DNA of 64,000 bases from an uncultured Gemmatimonadaceae bacterium (GCA_963822945.1 CAWGJO010000027.1:96001-160000), one strand, 5' to 3'; counted from the first letter of the stretch, positions 1 through 15,974 are shown. Numbers and translations are program-made. Notes: a model not told the origin generated them from the letters alone.

Positions 1-117
1 GCGGCGCGCTACGCCGTCATCACCGCCGACGCGGCACGCCGTCAGGCGCTGGGACGCGATCCCGGGTCGCTGGCCGATCTCGACCGCTCCCGTCCCGCAC
101 CGTCCACGACCCGCTGA
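1..117 (+). CDS. C-terminal fragment of probable TolC-family outer membrane efflux protein (runs off window edge)
   Basis: Frame 1 reads AARYAVITADAARRQALG... to TGA at 115-117, resembling the TolC C-terminal helix; lies directly upstream of MFP and RND genes. Confidence 0.55.
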   Translation, partial: AARYAVITADAARRQALGRDPGSLADLDRSRPAPSTTR

Positions 118-135
118 CTCCAGAGGAATTCCGTA

Positions 136-1185
136 ATGCAGATCCACTTCGTTCGGGCCATCACGATCGGCGGCATGCTCTTCGCCGCGGCCTGTTCCGG
201 CTCCAAACCCGAGCAGTCCGCGACCCGGGCTGCCCCTGCGCCGGGCACCACGTACCTGGTGGCCGACTCGACCATCGAGGCGACGCTCGACGCCGCCGGC
301 ACCGCGCAGCCGATTGCCGAGGCGACGCTGTCCACCAAGCTCATGGGCACCGTGACCGCCGTGCTCGTGCACGAGGGAGACCACGTGTCCGCCGGCCAGC
401 CGCTGGTGCACATCGACGCCCGTGACCTCGTGGCGCGGGACTCGCAGGTACAGGCGTCGATCGCGGGCGCCAAGGCCATGCAACTCGAGGCGCAGACACA
501 GGCCCGACGCATCCGCGCGCTCTACGCCGACAGCGCCGCCACGCGTGCCCAGCTCGACGCCGTGGAGACGGCGCTCGCGCGCGCGAACGCCGGCGTGCAG
601 GCGGCCGAGGCGGGCGCCAGTGAACTCGCCGCCACCCGCGCCTACGCCGACGTGCGCGCACCCTTTGCCGGCATCGTCACCCACCGGTTCGTCGACCCGG
701 GCGCCTTCGCGGCGCCGGGCGCGCCGCTGGTCACCGTACAGAACGTGTCGCGGCTGCGCGTGAGCGTGAACGCGGCCCCCGAGGACGTGCGGGGCCTCAA
801 GCGGGGCGCGCACGTGATGGCCACCATCGAAGACACCATCGTGCGCGCGACCGTCGAGGGCGTGGTGCCCTCGGGCAGCAACGTCTACACGGTGAACGCC
901 ATCGTGGAGAACCCGCGCGGCGCGCTCATGGCCAACGGCGCGGCGTCGATCGCCATTCCGCGGGGCCGCCGCCAGGCGGTGCTCGTCCCGCTGGCCGCGA
1001 TCAGGCGCGAGGGCGACCTCACGGGCGTCATCATCCGCGACGCTTCGGGTGAAGACGTCCGATGGGTGCGACTGGGCGAGACCCGCGGATCGTGGGTCGA
1101 GGTGACGAGCGGGCTCGCCGCCGGCGCCACGATCGTGGTGCCTCCCACCACGGCCGGCGCCCAGGCGCTGGTCGGGGAGAAGTAA
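136..1185 (+). CDS. Efflux RND transporter periplasmic adaptor (membrane fusion protein), lipoprotein
   Basis: Lipobox FAAAC; lipoyl-like motifs GTVTAVLVHEGDHVSAGQPL and VRAPFAGIV; GAGGA RBS. Confidence 0.93.
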   Translation: MQIHFVRAITIGGMLFAAACSGSKPEQSATRAAPAPGTTYLVADSTIEATLDAAGTAQPIAEATLSTKLMGTVTAVLVHEGDHVSAGQPLVHIDARDLVARDSQVQASIAGAKAMQLEAQTQARRIRALYADSAATRAQLDAVETALARANAGVQAAEAGASELAATRAYADVRAPFAGIVTHRFVDPGAFAAPGAPLVTVQNVSRLRVSVNAAPEDVRGLKRGAHVMATIEDTIVRATVEGVVPSGSNVYTVNAIVENPRGALMANGAASIAIPRGRRQAVLVPLAAIRREGDLTGVIIRDASGEDVRWVRLGETRGSWVEVTSGLAAGATIVVPPTTAGAQALVGEK

Positions 1186-1186
1186 G

Positions 1187-4356
<3,170 letters not shown>

Positions 4357-4357
<1 letters not shown>

Positions 4358-4647
4358 TGAAGACGATTTTCATCATTCACGCGGGGGCCGACGAGCACCG
4401 CGTCCCCCGGTTGCTCGAGAAGCACGGAGCCAGGGGCTACACGCAGATCGGCCAGGGCACGGGGGCCGGCAGTTCGGGGCGGCTCGAGGGCACCCGGGCC
4501 TGGCCCGGCCATGCCACGCTCTGGCTCACGATCATTCGCGACGAGGAGGCCGACGTACTCGTGAAAGCCCTCCGCGAGGTCAAGGAACATCTCGAGCCGG
4601 GGGAGCATCTGCACGCCTCGGTGATGCAGACCGACGATTTCATCTGA
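4357..4647 (+). CDS. PII-like small protein associated with RND transporter (PG0541-like)
   Basis: 96 aa, start overlaps RND stop; GYT...GTGAG...GTRAWPG pattern of PII-like fold proteins. Confidence 0.7.
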
Positions 4648-4653
4648 CCGGCG

Positions 4654-4678
4654 GCCCGCCCCGACCGCCGGGGCGGGC
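4654..4678 (+). terminator. GC-rich hairpin after the RND operon (terminator-like or mRNA-stabilising)
   Basis: GCCCGCCCCG-N5-CGGGGCGGGC 10-bp stem; no U tract. Confidence 0.45.
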
Positions 4679-4711
4679 ACCGGTCGAATCAACCGATGGG
4701 GAGATTCGATT

Positions 4712-4912
4712 ATGTGTGACGACAAGGTGATCCGCCGGATCGCCGGAGTATTCGTGATGGCCTCGGTGGCCCTCGCCTGGTGGGTGTCGCCCTGGTGGCT
4801 GTTGTTCACGGCCTTCGTGGGCTTCAATCTGTTCCAGTCCAGTCTGACCAACATCTGCCCGCTGGAGCGCGTCCTCGGGCGGTTCGGACTGGCCGGCTGC
4901 AAGCCGCGTTGA
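4712..4912 (+). CDS. DUF2892 / YgaP-like membrane domain protein
   Basis: 66 aa, two TM helices, FVGFNLFQS...CP motif; GGAG RBS. Confidence 0.85.
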   Translation: MCDDKVIRRIAGVFVMASVALAWWVSPWWLLFTAFVGFNLFQSSLTNICPLERVLGRFGLAGCKPR

Positions 4913-5001
4913 GCGCGGTGGGGTTGATCGTGGCCCGGCTTCCGGTGCATGATCAACCATATCGCCAGATGGTCAATTCACACCGGCCAGAGTGTCCTCG
5001 C

Positions 5002-5334
5002 ATGAGCAACGCCAAGATGACCCCGGAACTGCTTTCGCTGATCGCCGACCGCTTCAAGGTGTTGGCGGAACCGGCGCGGCTGCAGATCCTTCAGGCCCTA
5101 CGCGCCGGCGAACGCTCGGTGAGCGACCTGGCCCATGACACGGGACTGGGACAGGCGAACCTGTCCAAGCACCTGCGCGGTCTGTACGACGGCGGCTTCG
5201 TGGAGCGCCATCGGGAAGGATTGTTCGTGATCTACCGGCTGGCGGACAAGGACGTCTTCCGCATCTGCGACCTGATGTGCGGCCGGCTGGAAGAACTCAG
5301 CACGAAACGAAGGAAACTGTTGGCCACGCGGTAG
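5002..5334 (+). CDS. ArsR/SmtB family transcriptional regulator
   Basis: FKVLAEPARLQIL...QANLSKHL...YRL winged HTH; start placed at ATG 5002 within ORF 4780..5334. Confidence 0.92.
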   Translation: MSNAKMTPELLSLIADRFKVLAEPARLQILQALRAGERSVSDLAHDTGLGQANLSKHLRGLYDGGFVERHREGLFVIYRLADKDVFRICDLMCGRLEELSTKRRKLLATR

Positions 5335-5337
5335 CGC

Positions 5338-7059
5338 ATGGAAAACGCGGAGATCGCCCGGCTCTTCCGCGAGATGGCGGAACTGCTCGAAGTCGAGGGG
5401 GCGAATACGTTCCGCATCCGGGCGTACCGCAACGCGGCCCGCGTGGTCGAGGAGCACACCGAGCCGATTGCGGAGTTGCTCCAGCACGACGGAACGAAGC
5501 TGCAGGAACTGCCGGGCATCGGCGCCGACCTGGCCGGAAAGATCGAGGAGATCGTCCGCACCGGATCGCTCGGGGCGCTGAAGCAGGCACGGCGCGCGGC
5601 GCCCAGGGGTGCCGTGGAACTGATGCGCGTGCCGGGCATCGGGCCCATCCGCGCGCGCACGCTGGCCGAGAAGCTCGGCATCCGGTCGGTGGCAGGTCTC
5701 GAGAGGGCCGCCAAGGCGGGGAAGATTCGCCGGCTCCCCGGGTTCGGCGCGGCCAGCGAGCAGAAGATCCTCACCGAACTCGCGGCGCGCTCCGGGGGCG
5801 AGCACCGCATTGCCCGGGCGACCGCCGCGCAGTACGGCGAGTCGATGCTCGCCTACCTTCGCGCATTTCCGGGGGTGAAGCGGGCCGACATTGCCGGGAG
5901 CTTCCGCCGGGGACGCGAGACGGTGGGCGACCTCGACATCCTGGTCGAATGCGCCGATGGGCAGGCCGTGTCGGATCACTTCGTGGCCTATCCCGAGGTC
6001 CGCGAGGTGTTGGCGCACGGATCGACCAAGGCGTCCGTGGTCCTGCGATCCGGCCTGCAGATCGACCTGCGCGTGCTCGACGCGAAGTCCTATGGCGCGG
6101 GTCTCTACTACTTCACCGGGTCCAAGGCGCACAACATCGCGGTGCGGCGTCTGGGGCAGAAGCGCGGGCTCAAGATCAACGAGTACGGCGTCTTCCGCGG
6201 AGCGAAGCAGCTCGGCGGCCGGAACGAGTTGGACGTCTTCAGGTCGGTGGGACTGCCCTTCATCCCTCCGGAATTGCGCGAGGACCGCGGCGAAATAGAG
6301 GCGGCGCGGCAGAAGCGGCTCCCGTCGCTGGTGACGCTCGACGACATCCGTGGCGACCTCCAGATGCACAGCACCGACAGCGACGGGCGGGTGTCACTCC
6401 AGGAGATGGCCGAGACCGCCGAGTCCATGGGATACGAGTACATCGCGATCACCGACCATGGGCCGATGATGCGCATGGTCCAGGGGCTCGACGACGCGGG
6501 TTTCAGACGCCAGCGGAAGAAGATCGACAAGCTCAACGCGAAGCTGCGGAAGCTCACCGTGCTTGCCGGTGCCGAGGTGGACATCCATCCCGACGGAACG
6601 CTCGACCTCAAGGACGACACGCTGGCCGCGCTCGACATCGTGTTCGTGGCGCTGCACGTCAAGCTCGATCTCGAGCCGGCGAAACAGACGGAGCGCGTGC
6701 TGAAAGCGCTCTCCCATCCGAACGTGGATGTCTTCGCGCACCCCACGGGCCGGTTGATCAACGGCCGTCGCGGGGCGCGGTTCGATTTCGACCGCATGGT
6801 GAAGGCGGCGGTGGATCACGGCGTGCTGCTGGAGGTCGATGCGCAACCGGAGCGGCTGGACCTCGACGACGTGTCGGTGCGCGCCGCGATCGGCGCCGGC
6901 GCGCGGATCGTCATCGACACCGATGCGCATTCGCCCGCCGAGCTGCGGTTCATGCGTTGGGGCGTGGACCAGGCCCGGCGCGGCTGGGCCGAAAAGGCGG
7001 ACGTGGCGAATACGCGGCCCTTGTCGCGGTTCGTGAAGCTCCTCCATACGCACCGCTGA
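5338..7059 (+). CDS. polX: DNA polymerase X / PHP 3'-5' exonuclease
   Basis: FRIRAY, GSFRRG, GDLDIL and QIDLR (three catalytic Asp present), YFTGSK, PELRE, C-terminal PHP domain (TDH, AHPTGR, TDAH). Confidence 0.95.
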   Translation: MENAEIARLFREMAELLEVEGANTFRIRAYRNAARVVEEHTEPIAELLQHDGTKLQELPGIGADLAGKIEEIVRTGSLGALKQARRAAPRGAVELMRVPGIGPIRARTLAEKLGIRSVAGLERAAKAGKIRRLPGFGAASEQKILTELAARSGGEHRIARATAAQYGESMLAYLRAFPGVKRADIAGSFRRGRETVGDLDILVECADGQAVSDHFVAYPEVREVLAHGSTKASVVLRSGLQIDLRVLDAKSYGAGLYYFTGSKAHNIAVRRLGQKRGLKINEYGVFRGAKQLGGRNELDVFRSVGLPFIPPELREDRGEIEAARQKRLPSLVTLDDIRGDLQMHSTDSDGRVSLQEMAETAESMGYEYIAITDHGPMMRMVQGLDDAGFRRQRKKIDKLNAKLRKLTVLAGAEVDIHPDGTLDLKDDTLAALDIVFVALHVKLDLEPAKQTERVLKALSHPNVDVFAHPTGRLINGRRGARFDFDRMVKAAVDHGVLLEVDAQPERLDLDDVSVRAAIGAGARIVIDTDAHSPAELRFMRWGVDQARRGWAEKADVANTRPLSRFVKLLHTHR

Positions 7060-7271
7060 GCGAGAGGAGCATCAAGAACGGAGAGTCCGAACCAGAAACT
7101 GCCGGATCGATGCGGACGAGGCTGACCTTATTGGTGGGCTCGTGGAGAGATCACCATGGCCGGCCACCGCGATCTCAACCCCGACCCCTCCTGAGAAATC
7201 CGGCCGTTTCCGAATCATCCTGAATCATCTCGTCCACACGCTCCGTTCCTGATGCTCGGACGCCACGCCGA

Positions 7272-9492
<2,221 letters not shown>

Positions 9493-9556
9493 TCAAGGTT
9501 CGGACCTCTGCCGTCGCGTCCCGTCTTCGGAGGTTTCTTTTCGGGAGGACACCACC

Positions 9557-9826
9557 ATGAACACCCCCACTACGAGCGGTCTCGTTGAAGACCTGTTCCG
9601 CCAGGCCGGCCGCGAACGGCGCCGTGTGCGCGCCACCTTCCGGTTTCACGGAGAGGCGGGCATGAAGGAAGTCGAGCGACACTGGGAACCGTACGCGATT
9701 CGCGATGGCCACGCGTTCGTGTTCTCCTACTTCCGGAACGAGTTCCGGACGGTTCCGCTGAAGCACATCGTGAACATCGAGATTCACGAACGCGAATTCG
9801 AGCCGCGACGGCCGATCGAGCTGTAA
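9557..9826 (+). CDS. Small stand-alone WYL-like domain protein
   Basis: GGAGG RBS, 89 aa; ERHWEPYAI...RNEFRTVPLKHIVNI resembles the WYL pattern RxVEPY...RxFRxxRI. Confidence 0.6.
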   Translation: MNTPTTSGLVEDLFRQAGRERRRVRATFRFHGEAGMKEVERHWEPYAIRDGHAFVFSYFRNEFRTVPLKHIVNIEIHEREFEPRRPIEL

Positions 9827-9936
9827 TCGCACAACCGCTGCGCATGCTCCTGTCGGGCATCACCGGGCAGTGAATCGGTGAGACGCCCGGCAGTCGAGAG
9901 CGCTGCCCCCTCACAACCTTACCGCAGTCTCGCAAT

Positions 9937-9965
9937 GCAGGCGTTCCCGATTGGGGAACGCCTGC
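9937..9965. promoter_or_regulatory. 12-bp inverted repeat upstream of the P-type ATPase (operator or terminator)
   Basis: GCAGGCGTTCCC-GATTG-GGGAACGCCTGC. Confidence 0.4.
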
Positions 9966-10023
9966 GATCCTGGTGCACGTGCATCGCGGCGCGCACCCGG
10001 CTACGCGTCGCGCGGAGGCGCCG

Positions 10024-12747
10024 ATGCGCACCGACCGGCCGCCTGACGGCGGCACCCCATGGAGTACCGCGGCCGCCGTAGGTACGGCGGCCGCCGGCCC
10101 TCCCTGGCACACGCGCAGCATCGACGACGTGGAGCGAGCCCTGGCGTCCGGCCGCGAGGGCCTCGGCGCGGCCGCCGCCGCGGAGCGCCTCGCCGCCTAC
10201 GGGCCGAACGCCATCGAAGGCGAGCCCGAAGCACCGTGGTGGCGTCTGTTGCTCGGCCAGCTCCGCGATCCGCTCATCTACATCCTGCTCGCCGCCGCCG
10301 GCGTGAGCGCGGTGCTTCGCGACTACAACGACACCACCGTGATCCTCGCCGTGGTCGCGCTCAACTCGGCCATCGGATTCGTTCAGGAATCCCGGGCCCG
10401 CAAGGCCATGCGCGCGCTGGTACGGTTGGCCTCCCCGCTGGCCGTCGTCGTGCGCGCCGGACAGCAGCTGGCGGTGCCGAGCGCGGAACTCGTGATCGGC
10501 GACCTCGTGGTGCTTTCGTCGGGAACGCGCGTGCCCGCCGACCTGCGTCTCGTGGCCACGCGCCACCTGGCAATCGATGAATCGCTGCTCACGGGCGAAT
10601 CGGTGCCGGTGGAGAAGATCACCGACCCGCTCGACGACATGACGTTGATGGCCGGCGATCAGATCAACATGGCGTTCGCCGGCACGGCGGTGGCCCACGG
10701 CCGGGGACGGGGCATGGTGGTGCGCACCGGCGCCGATACCCAGTTGGGACGCCTGGCCGAAGCGGTGCGCGCGGCGCGTCACGAGACCACCCCGCTGCAG
10801 GAGTCCTTCGCCCGGTTCGGTCGCCGGGTGGGACTGGCCATCGTGGCGCTGGCCGCGCTGGTCATGGTGATCGGACTGGCGCGCGAGATGGCCCCCACCG
10901 ACGTCTTCCTGACCGCCGTGGCGATGGCCGTGTCGGCCATTCCGGAGGGTCTGCCCGTGGTGCTCACGGTGACCTTTGCCATCGGCGCGCGCCGCATGGT
11001 GCGCCGGCGGGCCATCGTGCGCGCCCTGCCCGCGGTGGAGACGCTCGGCAGCACGACGGTCATCGGTTCGGACAAGACCGGCACGCTCACCAGGAACGAG
11101 ATGACGGTTCGTTCCATCTGGGCCGGCGGATGCCGCTACGACGTGCCCGCCGCCGGCGGCGCCGATGCGCCGCTCGTGGGACCCGACGGCCCGGTGGATT
11201 GCGCCGACCAACCGGCCCTGCTGGCCACGCTCCGCGTGGGCGTCCTGGCCAGTGAGGCCGAGGCCGGCGGCGTGAGCGCCGATCCCATGGAACGGGCGTT
11301 GCTGGCCGTGGCCGAGCACCACGGGCAATCGCCCGCCGCGCTCCAGGAGCAGCACCCGGAGCGCGATGTGCTGCCCTTCGAATCGGAGCGGCGGTTCATG
11401 GTGTCGCTGCGCCAAACGGAGGCCGGGCTGCTCGAACAGCTCAAGGGCGCTCCCGAGGTGGTGCTGGCCCGGTGTGCGCAGCAACGCGGCCCGTCGGGCG
11501 AGGAACCCCTGGACCGCGCCGCTGCCGAGGCAGCCGCGCACCGGTTGGCCGCCGAGGGCCTGCGCGTGCTCGCCATGGCCTACCGGCGTACCACCGACGC
11601 GCGCATCTCGGCGGAATCGCTGCTGGAAGGGTTCGTGTTCGCGGGCCTCGTGGGATTCGAGGACCCCCTGCGGCCCGAAGCCGCTGCGGCGGTACGGAGC
11701 GCCCGTCAAGCGGGCATCCGCGTGCTCATGATCACCGGCGACCACGCCGACACGGCGCGTGCGATTGGCCGGCAATTGGGATTGGGCGACGAGGTGTTGA
11801 GCGGTCGCGAGTTGGACGGGATGACCGACGACGAACTGACACGCGCCCTGCGGCAAGTGAACGTGTATGCGCGCGTGGCGCCGGAGCACAAACTCCGCAT
11901 CGTCGAGCGCCTCAAGGCCGACGGCGAGGTGGTGGCCGTGACGGGGGACGGCGCCAACGATGCCCCCGCCCTGCGCGCCGCGCACCTCGGCATCGCGATG
12001 GGCGCGAGTGGCTCGGATGTGGCGCGTGAAGCCGCCGACATGGTGCTCGCCGACGACAACTTCGCGACCATCACGGCAGCTATCGAGCAGGGGCGCGTGG
12101 TGTTCGCGAACATCCGCAAGGCGACCTTCTTCCTGCTCTCGACGGCCGTCGCCGAGATCGCCGTGATCCTCGGCGCGCTGATCGCCGGCTGGCCGCTGCC
12201 CCTGCTCGCGGCGCAGATCCTCTGGATCAACCTCGTGACGGACAGCCTCGAGGTGATGGCGTTGGCCTTCGAGCGGGGTGAGCCCGACCTGCTCACCGAG
12301 CCGCCGCGCCGGCGCGACGAGGGCGCGCTCACCGGCGCGTTGTACCTGCGGCTGGGTGGAGTGGGGCTGGTGCTCACGGTGGGCACCTTCGTGATGTTCT
12401 GGTGGACGCTGCGCGCCACCGGCGACCTGGCGCTCGCGCGCACCGTCGCGCTCACCCAGATGGTGGTGTTCCAGTTCTATCACGTGTTCAACTGCCGGTC
12501 CCTGCATCGCTCGGTGTTTCGCATGCCGCTATGGACCAACCCGTTCCTGCTCGTGAGCACGGCGGCCGTGACGGCCGCCCATGTGGCCGCCATCTACACG
12601 CCGATGCTGCAGCGCATGCTGCGAACCACCCCGCTCTCGGCCTCGCAGTGGGGCACCATCCTCCTCGTCGGGCTGGCCGTGATCGTGGGCGGCGAGGCCG
12701 ACAAGGCGATGCAGCGGCTGCGGGCGCGCCGCGGAACCGCCACATGA
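10024..12747 (+). CDS. Cation-translocating P-type ATPase (type IIA, Ca2+-like)
   Basis: TGES, IPEGLP, DKTGTLT, KGAPE, MITGD, GDGAND, QILWINLVTD; start uncertain (9973 or 10024). Confidence 0.95.
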   Translation: MRTDRPPDGGTPWSTAAAVGTAAAGPPWHTRSIDDVERALASGREGLGAAAAAERLAAYGPNAIEGEPEAPWWRLLLGQLRDPLIYILLAAAGVSAVLRDYNDTTVILAVVALNSAIGFVQESRARKAMRALVRLASPLAVVVRAGQQLAVPSAELVIGDLVVLSSGTRVPADLRLVATRHLAIDESLLTGESVPVEKITDPLDDMTLMAGDQINMAFAGTAVAHGRGRGMVVRTGADTQLGRLAEAVRAARHETTPLQESFARFGRRVGLAIVALAALVMVIGLAREMAPTDVFLTAVAMAVSAIPEGLPVVLTVTFAIGARRMVRRRAIVRALPAVETLGSTTVIGSDKTGTLTRNEMTVRSIWAGGCRYDVPAAGGADAPLVGPDGPVDCADQPALLATLRVGVLASEAEAGGVSADPMERALLAVAEHHGQSPAALQEQHPERDVLPFESERRFMVSLRQTEAGLLEQLKGAPEVVLARCAQQRGPSGEEPLDRAAAEAAAHRLAAEGLRVLAMAYRRTTDARISAESLLEGFVFAGLVGFEDPLRPEAAAAVRSARQAGIRVLMITGDHADTARAIGRQLGLGDEVLSGRELDGMTDDELTRALRQVNVYARVAPEHKLRIVERLKADGEVVAVTGDGANDAPALRAAHLGIAMGASGSDVAREAADMVLADDNFATITAAIEQGRVVFANIRKATFFLLSTAVAEIAVILGALIAGWPLPLLAAQILWINLVTDSLEVMALAFERGEPDLLTEPPRRRDEGALTGALYLRLGGVGLVLTVGTFVMFWWTLRATGDLALARTVALTQMVVFQFYHVFNCRSLHRSVFRMPLWTNPFLLVSTAAVTAAHVAAIYTPMLQRMLRTTPLSASQWGTILLVGLAVIVGGEADKAMQRLRARRGTAT

Positions 12748-13805
12748 CTCCGATCACGAGCATGGTGATGACGGCGCTGCTCTCGGCGCTGCTGATCGCC
12801 GCGGCCGGGACGGTGCTCGCGCGGAGCGGCGACGCGATTGCTGCGCGCACGAACCTGGGCGGCGTGTGGATCGGCTCGGTGTTCCTGGCCATGGCGACGT
12901 CGCTGCCCGAGATCAGCACCAACATCGCGGCCGTGCGCATCAACGCGCCCGACCTCGCGGTGGGCGACGCCTTCGGCAGCAGCATGGCCAACATGCTGAT
13001 CCTGGCGATCATCAACCTCCTCCCGACCGGCAGCGGGTTGTTCCGCAAGGCGACGCTCGACCATGCGCTGTACGCGTCGCTTGCCATCATTCTCACCTGC
13101 ATCGCGGCGATCGTGATTCTCGTGCACCCCACGCACGCCTACTTCGGCTTCGGCCCGGGATCGCTCCTGCTGCTGGCCGTTTATCTGGCTGGGTCGCGGG
13201 CGGTGTTCCGGCGAAGCGCCCTGGCTCGCCGCGCCGCGATGACCGAGGAGATGTCGGGACCCGTGTCCGCCGAGGCGAAGGAAGAGGCAGAGTCGGGAGA
13301 GGCAGACGGTTCGACCGCGAAAGCCCATCCACCGCAGACCCTGCGCCGCGCCATCGTGTTGTTCGCGGCCGGCTCGGCCGTCATGCTGCTTGCCGCACCG
13401 CGATTCGCCCGTTCGGCCGAAGAGATTGCCGTGGTCACCGGCGTCGGCGCCACCTTCGTGGGCACGTGGCTGGTGGGACTGGCGACGTCGCTGCCCGAGC
13501 TGGTGACGTCGCTCGCCGCAGTGCGCATGCGCGCCTACGATCTGGCGGTGGGCAACTTGTTCGGCAGCAATGCGTTCAACATGACCATCTTCGTGATCCT
13601 CGACGCTGTGCACGCGGGCCCGCCGATTCTCGGAGTCGTGAGCCCGATGCATGCCATCTCGGCACTAGCCGCCGTGGCGCTCATGGCCATCGGCACGGCG
13701 GCGCTCGTGTACCGCAGCCAGGGCCGGCTGGCGCTTCTCGAACCGAGCAGCATGCTGATCATCATCGGGTACGTGGTGGCGTTGGCGCTGTTGCTGAGGG
13801 GGTGA
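12744..13805 (+). CDS. Sodium:calcium antiporter (CaCA / YrbG-like)
   Basis: Two alpha repeats ATSLPE...G(D/N)xxGSx; ATGA overlap with ATPase stop. Confidence 0.9.
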   Translation: MTPITSMVMTALLSALLIAAAGTVLARSGDAIAARTNLGGVWIGSVFLAMATSLPEISTNIAAVRINAPDLAVGDAFGSSMANMLILAIINLLPTGSGLFRKATLDHALYASLAIILTCIAAIVILVHPTHAYFGFGPGSLLLLAVYLAGSRAVFRRSALARRAAMTEEMSGPVSAEAKEEAESGEADGSTAKAHPPQTLRRAIVLFAAGSAVMLLAAPRFARSAEEIAVVTGVGATFVGTWLVGLATSLPELVTSLAAVRMRAYDLAVGNLFGSNAFNMTIFVILDAVHAGPPILGVVSPMHAISALAAVALMAIGTAALVYRSQGRLALLEPSSMLIIIGYVVALALLLRG

Positions 13806-13820
13806 AGCCGTCGTTCCCCC

Positions 13821-15974
13821 TCAGGGCATCCTGAATTGCCTGCCGAAGAACTCCGCCGCCGCCGAGTCGACCCGCACCCAGTCGTGCCCGCCCAGCATGT
13901 GGTGCGTGTCGTCGGGAATCACGAACTCCTCGAACGGCACGTGCGCCAGCCGGAGACGCTGGATCAGATCGACCATCTGGCTGAAGCGCACGTTGCGGTC
14001 GTCGTCGCCCTGGATCACCAGCACCGGCGACTTCCAGGTGGCGATCGCCGAGACGGGCGAGGACGCCCACGCGATCCGCAGCGCCCGCGCGGCGTCGGGC
14101 GCCTTCTCGTAGCGGTCGTTGGCCAGCAGCCCGCGGGCACGCTCGGCCGTCCAGTCGTGCACGCCGCTGATGTCGACACCTGCGGCGAAGAGATCGGAGT
14201 TGTGTGACAATGCCATCGCGGTCAGGAAGCCGCCGTACGAGCCCCCGTACACGCCGATGCGCGACGCATCCACCTGCGGCAGCGTACGCAGATAGAGCGC
14301 CGCCGCCTTCACGTCCTGGTACTCGGACGCGCCCTGCGGCCCCGCGTGTGCCGGATGCTGGAATTCCCGCCCGTAGCCGATGCCGAGCCGGTAGTTCACG
14401 GACAGCACGATGTAGCCGCGGCTGGCCAGGTACTGATTGAGGGCGTAGCCGTTGGAGTAGTAGTCGCTGTAGTGCCAGCCCAGCAGCATCTGCCGCGGCG
14501 GTCCGCCGTGGAGAAAGACGATGGCCGGCCGGCGGCCGTGGCGGGCGCCGACGTCACTGCCATCGTCGAACAATTGCCCGTGAATCCGGAAGCCGCCGGT
14601 TGACGCGAAGACCACCTTCTTCGGGATCACCAGTTGCGCCGTGGGGAAGTCGGCGGGAATGCGATCGGCGCCCACGAGCTGCGGCGGACCGCCCGCAGCG
14701 GACATCACGGCCGGCACCGGTGGGCGCTGCGCCGTGGCGGAGAGGAACGCGATGGTCGAGCCGTCTCCGGTCACGACCGGCGTCCACTCCAGGCCCGTGC
14801 CCGGGGTGAGCACTTCGGGCGCCGCCCGATCCACCGGTACTTTCACGATGTGGCGCCGGTCATCGTCGTTCGGGTCGGGGCCGTCGTTCGCGCAGAACAC
14901 GAGATAGCGCCGGTCGGGACTCATCGTGATGTACTCGGCCATCCACCGGCCGGGGGTGAGCAACATCGGCTTGCCGCCGGCGGCCCCCACCGAGTAGAGG
15001 TGCGGCCATCCGTCCAGCTCGGCGAGAAACACGATCCGATCGCCCGCCGCCCAGTGCAGATTCGTGCCGCCCTGGGTGCGGGGCGGCGACCCGCGCAGCG
15101 TGTGCGGGGCGGTCCAGAGCGCGTGGCCCTGCCCCGTACTCGCGTCGGCGATCCAGATCGCCCACGGTTGGGGATGCGGCACGAGGACCGCCTCCGGCGG
15201 TCCGCCGGCCCCGGGCCGCCGTACGAAGGCGAGGCGTGTTCCGTCCGGCGACCACACTGGACCGGCGTCCCGGTCGGTGGACGGCGCCATCCACCGGATG
15301 GACGTGGAGTCGTTGGTGAAGACGCCCACGAGCGCGTGATCGCCGCGGCTGGAGACGAACGCGAGCCGAGCGCCATCGGGCGACCAGGTGGGATCGGAGG
15401 CGCCCGAGTTGACGCTGAACATCTGCCGAGCCGGGGCGGATCCATCGAGCGGCGCGGTCCAGATCTGGTGGTTGCGCTCGAAGGCAATCACGCCGTCCGC
15501 CGGAGAGATCACCGGCCGGTCGCCCTCGGCGACGAGCTTGGGTGTCCCGCCCTCGAACGGAACCGTCCAGATCTGAATCTTGTGGGCCTCGGGATCGGAC
15601 AACGGGTTCGGCGACGCGCCGGTCCAGTTGCCGCCGTGATCGCCGCCGCGCACGTACACCACATAGCGCCCATCGGGGGAGATCGACAGGCTCGTCAGTT
15701 CCTGCCCGTCGTCACGGTCGTAGTGGGTCAGTTGTCGTGCCGTGAACGCGGGCCCTTCGGCCACGAACACGTTCCGGAGCCCCTGCTCGTCCAGTGCCCA
15801 CGCGATGCGCGCACCGGTGGGCGAGGCGGTCAACTGCGTCGGGAAGGGGTAGCTCTTGACCTGCCGGAGAGTGAAGCCGCCCGTCGTAGTCTGCGCCCGA
15901 GCGGTGGACACGGCAGCAACGAGGAAGGGGGCGATGACCAGCGTGCGCCACGGACGGGACGGAAGGGCGAGCAT
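13821..15974 (-). CDS. S9 prolyl oligopeptidase family serine peptidase, secreted
   Basis: Signal peptide, PD40 beta-propeller repeats (WSPDG), HGGP, GGSYGG nucleophile, GDDDRNV Asp and His. Confidence 0.92.
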   Translation of the reverse strand: MLALPSRPWRTLVIAPFLVAAVSTARAQTTTGGFTLRQVKSYPFPTQLTASPTGARIAWALDEQGLRNVFVAEGPAFTARQLTHYDRDDGQELTSLSISPDGRYVVYVRGGDHGGNWTGASPNPLSDPEAHKIQIWTVPFEGGTPKLVAEGDRPVISPADGVIAFERNHQIWTAPLDGSAPARQMFSVNSGASDPTWSPDGARLAFVSSRGDHALVGVFTNDSTSIRWMAPSTDRDAGPVWSPDGTRLAFVRRPGAGGPPEAVLVPHPQPWAIWIADASTGQGHALWTAPHTLRGSPPRTQGGTNLHWAAGDRIVFLAELDGWPHLYSVGAAGGKPMLLTPGRWMAEYITMSPDRRYLVFCANDGPDPNDDDRRHIVKVPVDRAAPEVLTPGTGLEWTPVVTGDGSTIAFLSATAQRPPVPAVMSAAGGPPQLVGADRIPADFPTAQLVIPKKVVFASTGGFRIHGQLFDDGSDVGARHGRRPAIVFLHGGPPRQMLLGWHYSDYYSNGYALNQYLASRGYIVLSVNYRLGIGYGREFQHPAHAGPQGASEYQDVKAAALYLRTLPQVDASRIGVYGGSYGGFLTAMALSHNSDLFAAGVDISGVHDWTAERARGLLANDRYEKAPDAARALRIAWASSPVSAIATWKSPVLVIQGDDDRNVRFSQMVDLIQRLRLAHVPFEEFVIPDDTHHMLGGHDWVRVDSAAAEFFGRQFRMP

